From: a virus
Taxonomy: Duplodnaviria; Caudoviricetes
Virus record (IMG/VR): IMGVR_UViG_2706796186_000001
Location: 160,001 to 224,000 of that record
DNA: 64,000 bases
Strand: one strand, 5' to 3'
Shown: positions 57,360-64,000 of the stretch, piece after piece
Position numbering within the stretch: position 1 is the stretch's first letter
Layout: every line of letters starts with the position of its first letter
Notes under the pieces: model-generated
What the model saw: only the letters and a program-made list of their open reading frames with translations
Database searches by the model: none
What the model was told of the DNA's origin: nothing
Translations under genes and position numbers: made by a program

Positions 57360-57653
57360 ATGTCAATTTTAGAACAAATCCGTATGCGCCACAATTTGCC
57401 GGTCGCCGACAATGTGCAGTCGCAAGAGACGGACAGCTTTTCACCGGTGCAACGCATGAATGCGATTACACTGGCAAACGCCGTGGAACTGACCACGGAA
57501 GTTATCCACGGGTTAATGCGTGGGAATAACGGCCTCGATGGTCGCATGGGTGAACAACGTTTGCTCAAGCGTGATATTGCCGACATGGTCGGTGGTCGTC
57601 TGGCAGGTCGTGTGCAGGATGTTATCAGCACCGTGAAGGGGAACAACCAATGA
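57360..57653 (+). CDS. Small conserved (probable virion) protein
   Basis: RBS GGAG/AAGG; lies in the RNAP-protease operon. Confidence 0.65.
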   Translation: MSILEQIRMRHNLPVADNVQSQETDSFSPVQRMNAITLANAVELTTEVIHGLMRGNNGLDGRMGEQRLLKRDIADMVGGRLAGRVQDVISTVKGNNQ

Positions 57654-59113
57654 TCAATCTGTACTCTGTTAACGCTACTACGAATGCCATGCGTTTGCTG
57701 AAACAGGCAAGCCTGCGTTTAAGTGCGGATGAAGGTTCTCCGATTGCGCTGCTGAACAAAGCCACAAACCAAGGGTCTGTGTTTGACTCTGCCATCACTG
57801 ACGAGCAATTCTTCCAAACCCTGCCGCAAATCACGGCACTGCGCCAGCCTGCGCATGGTACTGGCGAAGACAACGTGATTGTTGATACGGCTGCCGGTGC
57901 AGAGTCCATTCGTGTGGAAGACCACGAACCGACTCTGTATGAACTGAAGCGTATGATCAGCCAGCGTTGTGCGGGGATGCTGGACTTCTCCCGTAACGTG
58001 ATTCAGCCGTTCGTGCAGGACGTGTTGAAGAACAACCAGATTGCCCCGGTGCAGGAAGTCAAAGAAGACTGGCAACTGGTTCCGGTGGATACCGATCCGT
58101 GTATCAACGAACCGATTGTACAAGCGCTGATTAACAAACTCGACAACCCGACCGGCATGGGCTTCTCCCACGAAGCGCTGGACGTGAGTGTGCCGGATGT
58201 TATCGATGTGCCGGAAACCGGCCGTAAGACCTTTGACCAGTTGGTGAACAAACTGCTGACTGAACTGGGTCTGTCCATGTCCGAAGCGATGCGTACGCTG
58301 TGCGCGGGTAACGCGGTTGTGCCGAACTCTACACAGGCTCCGCATTACATGAAGCAGAACGTACTGTTCCTGCTGCTCAGTGCGTACTTCCTGGAGAACC
58401 CGTGGGCAAACTCTGGCGTCAGTGTTGACCGTTGGAAAGCCCAGTTCACCAAAGCCCACTACAGCTATTGTGGTTGGGTGTACCTGTACGCCGAAGCTGT
58501 CGTGGTGCGCACCAAACTCGGCAACATCGTTTACTCTTACGATGCCAACGACAAGAAAGTGTACATCTGTCAGGAAGCGCTGGACAGCTACCTGAACGAC
58601 AATGGCACGGTTGAAGCCCTGCTGGGTGCTCTCTATCTGCTGGACGACGGTGACACCACTGCGTCAACCAACAAGCAATCGCTGTTGGATAAGCAAGATG
58701 CGTACGTGGCCGCGTGGGATCGTCGCAGTTCCATTCGCCGTATGGCAGCCGATACCGATTGGCTGACCACGAACCGTCAGGCGCTGAAGACGGCATTTAA
58801 TCTGTCCATCGATACCCTCGATCCGGATTACCTGTCCACTGTCGGCGAAAACAAAAAGCTGACCCCGGCGGAAGCGAAACTGGCATGTGCGTCGTCCATC
58901 GACCACCTGTTCAACCGCAGCACCACCGACATCACCGCATTCATTATTCGTACTGCGTGCTGTGAAGTGTTTGGCGAGTATGAGCTGTCCAATCTGATGC
59001 TTTCTATCCATGAAGGTATGATTGAAGGTCAGAAGCCGGATGCCGTTGCCTCAACGTGGATCACCAACTACGTTCTGGATTGGCTGTTGCAGGGTGTGCT
59101 GATCGAAGAATAA
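57650..59113 (+). CDS. Probable head protein
   Basis: 487 aa; synteny between betaN and the protease as in SPN3US-like phages. Confidence 0.6.
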   Translation: MINLYSVNATTNAMRLLKQASLRLSADEGSPIALLNKATNQGSVFDSAITDEQFFQTLPQITALRQPAHGTGEDNVIVDTAAGAESIRVEDHEPTLYELKRMISQRCAGMLDFSRNVIQPFVQDVLKNNQIAPVQEVKEDWQLVPVDTDPCINEPIVQALINKLDNPTGMGFSHEALDVSVPDVIDVPETGRKTFDQLVNKLLTELGLSMSEAMRTLCAGNAVVPNSTQAPHYMKQNVLFLLLSAYFLENPWANSGVSVDRWKAQFTKAHYSYCGWVYLYAEAVVVRTKLGNIVYSYDANDKKVYICQEALDSYLNDNGTVEALLGALYLLDDGDTTASTNKQSLLDKQDAYVAAWDRRSSIRRMAADTDWLTTNRQALKTAFNLSIDTLDPDYLSTVGENKKLTPAEAKLACASSIDHLFNRSTTDITAFIIRTACCEVFGEYELSNLMLSIHEGMIEGQKPDAVASTWITNYVLDWLLQGVLIEE

Positions 59114-59126
59114 CGGAGGGTGTGGC

Positions 59127-59849
59127 ATGAGTGCCATTGAAACCGCACGCCGCGATCCGCGAAAGATCCATGCTGACTTGGTCGACGAGGGCACTGCCAC
59201 TATTACCAAAGGGGGGTGTTACCTTTACATCCCTGTTGGGTATACCTCGAAAGAACTGGCGTTCATTTCTTCAACGATTGAAATCGTGGGGATGTTCGCC
59301 ATTTCGACTGACCGTAAGACGTACGGTGTCTCGAACGTCACGACGTTTATTGAGATTACACCGTCTTCGTTTGAAGAGGTGGATGTTGCAGGCGAGCCTT
59401 ACTACGAGTTCCGCTTTGACCCCGGTACGGTTGTGTTCCCGAACCGTATGTTACAAGTGGTTTCCAACCCGGTGTATAACATCGCCTCCTACGTGTACGA
59501 CTTTGGTAACCGACCGTTTTGGTTTACCATCGTAGACGATGCTGAGCTGTTGTCCGAAGCACCGTTGTGGAATGGTTTTCGGGTCTTTGCTGACCAGATT
59601 ACCGCAGACTGTTACGCGGCACACACCCAACGCAAGAAAGGTGACCCACGTACGTTCTTCCGTTACACGCTGAAAAAAGACAGCGATATGTTTGGTCCCG
59701 TCCAGTACATCCCTCTTCGAGATGGTTCGCTTAACAAAACCTCTCGACTGGCGAAGCTTGCTGACGTCGAGCTGAAACGCGGGATTCGTTCTGCGCTCAG
59801 TGTCGATCCGATTCGTGCTGAACCGCTTGAGGATCTCTTCATGAGATAA
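59127..59849 (+). CDS. Probable virion RNA polymerase beta' C-terminal subunit (phiKZ gp176/SPN3US gp244-like)
   Basis: 240 aa, directly upstream of the protease; C-terminal S.LAKL....L.RGI.SAL......EPLE resembles the end of beta'. Confidence 0.65.
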   Translation: MSAIETARRDPRKIHADLVDEGTATITKGGCYLYIPVGYTSKELAFISSTIEIVGMFAISTDRKTYGVSNVTTFIEITPSSFEEVDVAGEPYYEFRFDPGTVVFPNRMLQVVSNPVYNIASYVYDFGNRPFWFTIVDDAELLSEAPLWNGFRVFADQITADCYAAHTQRKKGDPRTFFRYTLKKDSDMFGPVQYIPLRDGSLNKTSRLAKLADVELKRGIRSALSVDPIRAEPLEDLFMR

Positions 59850-59906
59850 TGGGTAGCGGCATCGTCGCCGGTGCCGTTATTCACTGACAATTAACTGGGG
59901 TAAACA

Positions 59907-60713
59907 ATGGATTCGAATTTAACCATGCGTTACAACTGCGTAGCGCTTGCGGGGATAAACAAAGGGCAGACGCTCCAGAAGGACGCGGACGGATACTACT
60001 ACGTTCTGCTGGGTGCGTTGAACATTTTCAACTCGGAAGGTATCTTCTACGCGTTTAATGAATCGAAGCATGTCTTCGACCGTTCAAGCGTGTTCATGCG
60101 CAAGGTACAGGCCGGTAACCTGTTTGGTGAAGAAGACCACCCGCCGTTTGAGCCGGGTATGTCAGAAGCCCAATGGATTGAACGCAACGAATGGATTGAA
60201 ACCAAGAACGTTGCCATGCACATTCGTGAAGTCGAATTAAAACCGACTGACCAAGTGTGTAACGGTATGCCAGTGGTGGAAATCTGGGGCTGGATTAAAC
60301 CGAACCGCGATCGTGGTCCGTATCTGGCTGAGGCATTAGAGAACCCACATCAAAACGTGTGCTTCTCTCTGCGTGCCATCGTTCGCGAAGGCCGTATCGG
60401 TGGTACCCTGTGTCGTCGTATTGACCGTATGGTCACTTTCGACTGGGTTATCGAAGACGGCTTGCAAATCTGCAACAAATACTCTGCGATTGAACGCGGC
60501 AGTAAAGTTGCCCGTGAAAGTACCCGTACGTTTGTTGACCGTCCTATCCACCGTCGCACGTTGGAAGAGATGGCCTTCAACCCGCAAGCGACGTCTAAGA
60601 TTGCGACAGAGTCACGTCGCGGCGCAGCACGTCAGATTGCACGCGAGTACCTGAACTATTCCGAGGCCCGTCCTCATACGCGTGTTGTGGGGTTAGGGAA
60701 GGGGAGCTGGTAA
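59907..60713 (+). CDS. Prohead serine protease (phiKZ gp175/SPN3US gp245-like)
   Basis: N..G.FY, GEEDHP (His), CFSLR (Ser), TFDWV; C-terminal A-x-E sites. Confidence 0.85.
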   Translation: MDSNLTMRYNCVALAGINKGQTLQKDADGYYYVLLGALNIFNSEGIFYAFNESKHVFDRSSVFMRKVQAGNLFGEEDHPPFEPGMSEAQWIERNEWIETKNVAMHIREVELKPTDQVCNGMPVVEIWGWIKPNRDRGPYLAEALENPHQNVCFSLRAIVREGRIGGTLCRRIDRMVTFDWVIEDGLQICNKYSAIERGSKVARESTRTFVDRPIHRRTLEEMAFNPQATSKIATESRRGAARQIAREYLNYSEARPHTRVVGLGKGSW

Positions 60714-61328
60714 ATGGCTGAATACGATGCTTCCTTAGATAAGTGGTTTGAAAACCAACTACCTCGTGTCGCGAAGAAACTCACGATAAAAGGGATAGAG
60801 GTGCCACCTTTACACATCGGCGGTAAGGTGCGTGTCTTTACACCGCGGTTGCCCAACAGCCCGGCACCTGGGGAAGATCAGACCATTCCACGCGTTTGCT
60901 GCTCATTAACAATCAAGAACTGTTGTGTGGGTGCACGCCACAACTTTCAGTTCGCAAACGAGAACCCACGGTTGTTCATCTATGCGTTCGATGAACGCAG
61001 CGTTGTGCAACCCTCCGTTGAGGTCACAAAGGAACCGAACCGGGCGGGGGAAGTTTGGATTGTTCCACACCGTATGGCTAACTGGGAAATCAAGCCTCGT
61101 GTGATTGGTGAGATGCGCCTGGCCAATATGGCGAAGGATTACACCGAACTGGACTATGTCCTGTTGGTGTCCGAACCCACGGTATGGGAAAACGGCACAA
61201 CGTTGAAACCCGACACGGCCTATCACTTCAAAGTGACGTGGTCGCCAGAGTTTCGTTTCACGGAACCTAAAGTGGTGCCAGTTGATGTCTATCACGATGC
61301 CCTGAATGCGTATACCGTCACCCGTTAA
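60714..61328 (+). CDS. Conserved hypothetical (probable virion) protein
   Basis: FTPR.P....GED.TIPRVC.S ... GEVWI; directly follows the protease. Confidence 0.65.
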   Translation: MAEYDASLDKWFENQLPRVAKKLTIKGIEVPPLHIGGKVRVFTPRLPNSPAPGEDQTIPRVCCSLTIKNCCVGARHNFQFANENPRLFIYAFDERSVVQPSVEVTKEPNRAGEVWIVPHRMANWEIKPRVIGEMRLANMAKDYTELDYVLLVSEPTVWENGTTLKPDTAYHFKVTWSPEFRFTEPKVVPVDVYHDALNAYTVTR

Positions 61329-61376
61329 GTAAGTTCGTGGTCTGCAAATCACACTTACTACACTGGAGGCAGTAAC

Positions 61377-61673
61377 ATGAAAGCGGTAAACATTGTGATA
61401 CCTCCTAGCCTTAACATGTTTTCCCCAGAAGAGTTGAAAGCCGTTGGTTTTCATGCGATTCAGGGAAGGGTGGGTAAAAACGTCTTAGCCGAAGTGTTGT
61501 CTGAACGGTTGGATACAAAGCGAAAGATCAATAATGTCATCGCGGCGATTCCACAGCAAGACCTCACGAAATTCTATCTCGACCTGCAAGCAGCCGGTGC
61601 GACGATTGACTATAGCCGGACGTTCTTCTTACAAACCGAGCTATACCGCCGTATTGTTACTGTGAAGCAGTAA
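61377..61673 (+). CDS. Hypothetical protein
   Basis: RBS GGAGG. Confidence 0.7.
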   Translation: MKAVNIVIPPSLNMFSPEELKAVGFHAIQGRVGKNVLAEVLSERLDTKRKINNVIAAIPQQDLTKFYLDLQAAGATIDYSRTFFLQTELYRRIVTVKQ

Positions 61674-61729
61674 TAAAAAAATACAGCATTACATGTTTTT
61701 GTGCGGGGACTTTTTAAGGATAACATGAA

Positions 61730-62287
61730 ATGATTTATTTGGATAGCGATGGCGTGTTCGCCGGTTGGCGATTGTACGCACTGCCCAAATACTTTCCGAC
61801 GATGACTTCACACGAGTTTAACAAACTACCAGAACTGAAGCGCCGGGGGTTGATGCGGGACATGTATCAACAGGAGCCTAACCTCTTCTATAACCTTCCA
61901 CCCAATAACGCAATGATTCAAGTTCTTGAATTCATTGAGAAAGAATGCTTACCGTGGTCTATTCTTACCTCCGGGTCAGAAGATCACTATGATCATGATT
62001 TGGTGGTAGATTGCAAAGAGCGCTGGTTTGATAAACACTTTGGTGTTCCAGCAGACAAAATCATCGTGACTGAAAACTCAGGAGCGAAGGCGGCGTATGC
62101 GGGACGAGGGAAACTGCTTGTTGACGATTTCGGTCGCAATTGTCGCGAGTGGGCACTCAAAGGTGGTACCGCCTATTGGGTTCACACAGATGAGCCAAAC
62201 GTGCGGGATCTTATTCGCCATATTGGTGCTTTTGCAGAAGATCCTAATATGCTCTGTGGGTCTATCCTACAGATACAAGCAGGTTAG
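61730..62287 (+). CDS. HAD-family 5'(3')-deoxyribonucleotidase-like phosphatase
   Basis: IYLDSDGV, ILTS, K..WF, K, LLVDD...NC.EW...GG. Confidence 0.85.
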   Translation: MIYLDSDGVFAGWRLYALPKYFPTMTSHEFNKLPELKRRGLMRDMYQQEPNLFYNLPPNNAMIQVLEFIEKECLPWSILTSGSEDHYDHDLVVDCKERWFDKHFGVPADKIIVTENSGAKAAYAGRGKLLVDDFGRNCREWALKGGTAYWVHTDEPNVRDLIRHIGAFAEDPNMLCGSILQIQAG

Positions 62288-62339
62288 GTGTTAAGGTGGC
62301 CATCCCTCAAAAGGTGGCCACGTATTCTATATTTTTTTG

Positions 62340-62359
62340 GATATATATTACCTAGGTGA
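62340..62359 (+). promoter_or_regulatory. Putative early promoter
   Basis: Identical over 20 bp to 2750-2769. Confidence 0.7.
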
Positions 62360-62403
62360 ACTTGCATCTGTAAGTTTTTCAATCGACTATCGAGGAGTAA
62401 ACA

Positions 62404-62595
62404 ATGAGCGAATTATTACGCAGCTTTCTGAAACTGCACGACGGTTCTAAAGACGCCTGCAAAGCATTTGAAGCGCAGTCCACGATGGATGAGCGTGCGG
62501 TACTGGTCAGGAAACTGGCCGTCGCTGTCAATGACAAAGACACTGTACGTGAAGCTGAAATCCGTAAACAACTTTTTGGGACTGTAAACAAATGA
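62404..62595 (+). CDS. Small hypothetical protein
   Basis: RBS GAGGAG, ATGA coupling to the HD gene. Confidence 0.7.
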   Translation: MSELLRSFLKLHDGSKDACKAFEAQSTMDERAVLVRKLAVAVNDKDTVREAEIRKQLFGTVNK

Positions 62596-63269
62596 ATCCA
62601 CAAGACGTCCGTAAACTGACCGAGCAAGTTATCCGCCACTTCTACGACTTCTATCGTTACACAGACAGTGCGCACCGTATCGACCACATCCGTTCCGTTA
62701 TCAGTAACGTGATTCGCATCTGCTACACCAACGGCTGGCAGGAACATCTGAAGCTGGCCATTATCGCAGCGGGCGCTCACGACATCTTCTCAACCAAAGA
62801 GCTGAGAGCAGAACACCACATCAAAGGTTTTACGTGGGTGCTTGATAATAAGCCCCTACTGATGCGTAAATACAAACTCACCTCCGACGAGTGCTACACC
62901 ATCGCGTATGCGGTGATGGAACACCGGGGCAGTTTCAAAGGGAACTACAACAGCATCGTCTCCGAAATTGTGGCAGCGGCTGACCGTGGGATTCCGTCTA
63001 AGGATGATGTGACCAACTACATCGGCCGCAGCTACTTGTATGCGCGTGACAACTTAGAGAAAAGTATTTCGAATGCGAAGTTCCACGCTGTGGCTCACAT
63101 TCAGGATAAGTTTGGACGCAACGCTTATGCGAAGGTTCCAGACTGGTACCACGAAATGTTCGCCAGAGAACTGGCTGAACGACGTGACATTATCGACATG
63201 CTCGATACCGACTTCTTTACACCAGACTTGGTGGAAGATTTAGAACGTAAACTCAATAACAACCCGTAA
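62592..63269 (+). CDS. HD-domain phosphohydrolase
   Basis: H...H...V, AHDI, HH..G, EHR, AAAD. Confidence 0.85.
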   Translation: MNPQDVRKLTEQVIRHFYDFYRYTDSAHRIDHIRSVISNVIRICYTNGWQEHLKLAIIAAGAHDIFSTKELRAEHHIKGFTWVLDNKPLLMRKYKLTSDECYTIAYAVMEHRGSFKGNYNSIVSEIVAAADRGIPSKDDVTNYIGRSYLYARDNLEKSISNAKFHAVAHIQDKFGRNAYAKVPDWYHEMFARELAERRDIIDMLDTDFFTPDLVEDLERKLNNNP

Positions 63270-63281
63270 GGATTATCAAAG

Positions 63282-63782
63282 ATGGCCAAAATGACTTCTG
63301 TTAAAGACCTGATCGCTGACCTGAACGCTGGCGCTACCACCACACTGGCTGAGCGTCGCCTGACTGAAGAGTCCGTTACCAATCTGGTACGTGGCTTCGA
63401 AGCCGGTACACCGACCATCAAAGTCACCCCGAACGAAAAGGGTGAGCATAAGCTGACCATCGCGGACATGGACACCATGGACCAATACCGCGCCAACTTC
63501 CACGAAGCGTTCAGCAGCATCACCAAAGATCTGATTGGTGAAGAAGCGCGTAAAGACCCAGAGCTGGGTGCGATGGAAGTGACGCTGGATGTCGGTAAGA
63601 CCACCTTCTCCACTGCGTTCGCCCGCCCGACTGGCGACAACCCATCTCAGAAAGAGTGGGCTGCTTCCATCGGCTTCGGCTACAGCACCATCAAGAATAA
63701 GTCACTGGAAGGCGCGCTGCGTCGTGACTTCGCCAAGGGCTTCCTCGAAGTTGAAGAGGAAGACGAAGAAGACGAAGAGTAA
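63282..63782 (+). CDS. Hypothetical protein with a strongly acidic C-terminal tail
   Basis: RBS AAGGA; ends EVEEEDEEDEE. Confidence 0.8.
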   Translation: MAKMTSVKDLIADLNAGATTTLAERRLTEESVTNLVRGFEAGTPTIKVTPNEKGEHKLTIADMDTMDQYRANFHEAFSSITKDLIGEEARKDPELGAMEVTLDVGKTTFSTAFARPTGDNPSQKEWAASIGFGYSTIKNKSLEGALRRDFAKGFLEVEEEDEEDEE

Positions 63783-63955
63783 TGGTCAAGATAGTCATCG
63801 ACCATCACCCTGATGTTATTCCGTTCACGGCGATTCGAAAGGACGGCACGATTGCACCACCCGAGCAGTTGGGTATGACAATCCGTGTTGTTCCGTCTCT
63901 AACGCCTAAGCCACTGGACGGGGTAGCAAAACTCTATCACCGGAAACGGCGGTAG
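63782..63955 (+). CDS. Small hypothetical protein, 57 aa (not in the ORF track)
   Basis: TAATG coupling; MVKIVIDHHPDVIPF...HRKRR; followed by a terminator. Confidence 0.55.
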   Translation: MVKIVIDHHPDVIPFTAIRKDGTIAPPEQLGMTIRVVPSLTPKPLDGVAKLYHRKRR

Positions 63956-63965
63956 GGTTACAGAA

Positions 63966-63997
63966 GAGAGCTGTCTTATGACAGCTTTCTTTTTTTT
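63966..63997 (+). terminator. Rho-independent terminator
   Basis: AGCTGTC-TTAT-GACAGCT followed by a T-tract. Confidence 0.8.
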
Positions 63998-64000
63998 GAT

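Noticed and set aside
41836-59113. Numerous antisense and alternate-frame ORFs over the large genes
   Set aside because: They are shadow ORFs of strongly coding frames, without recognisable motifs.
28303-59849. Split RNA polymerase as a new discovery or as frameshifted pseudogenes
   Set aside because: Split multi-subunit virion RNAPs are well established for phiKZ-like phages.
1-64000. Alternative genetic code, tRNA or rRNA genes
   Set aside because: The standard code gives near-complete coding coverage with all three stops used. No cloverleaf or rRNA-like sequence was seen by eye in the short intergenic gaps; tRNAscan was not run.

Overview
The window is densely coding dsDNA phage sequence from a phiKZ-related (Chimalliviridae-type) jumbo myophage. 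From recalled gene order it most resembles the SPN3US/Erwinia jumbo-phage group; this placement was not checked by a search. Core genes: SbcC/Rad50-like ATPase, DEDD exonuclease, long RNase H, UvsX, four pieces of the split virion RNA polymerase (betaC, beta'N with the DYDGD catalytic motif, betaN, probable beta'C), a 2463-aa tail protein with a C-terminal lytic transglycosylase, a probable baseplate protein, the prohead protease and a two-component spanin. Accessory genes: thyA, two MazG-like paralogues, CYTH, NADAR, macrodomain, ART-like, GNAT, HAD and HD proteins, and several tandem paralogue families. The most unusual signals are small ORFs made of a single motif from a larger protein: an uncalled 54-aa ORF ending in the ribonucleotide-reductase alpha redox tail (DDNCAGGACKI), an ORF with an exact EF-Tu N-terminal 12-mer, a Lys-less terminase-like ATPase and a MurD-like Rossmann motif. 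Also notable: a CYTH enzyme whose acidic leader ends in the same KVARES hexapeptide found near the C-terminus of the prohead protease, a TTTTAC-N15-WATG element seen six times, an early-promoter-like motif, and a sequence-conserved bidirectional terminator family. No tRNA, rRNA, CRISPR array or mobile element was seen. All functional calls come from motifs read by eye.
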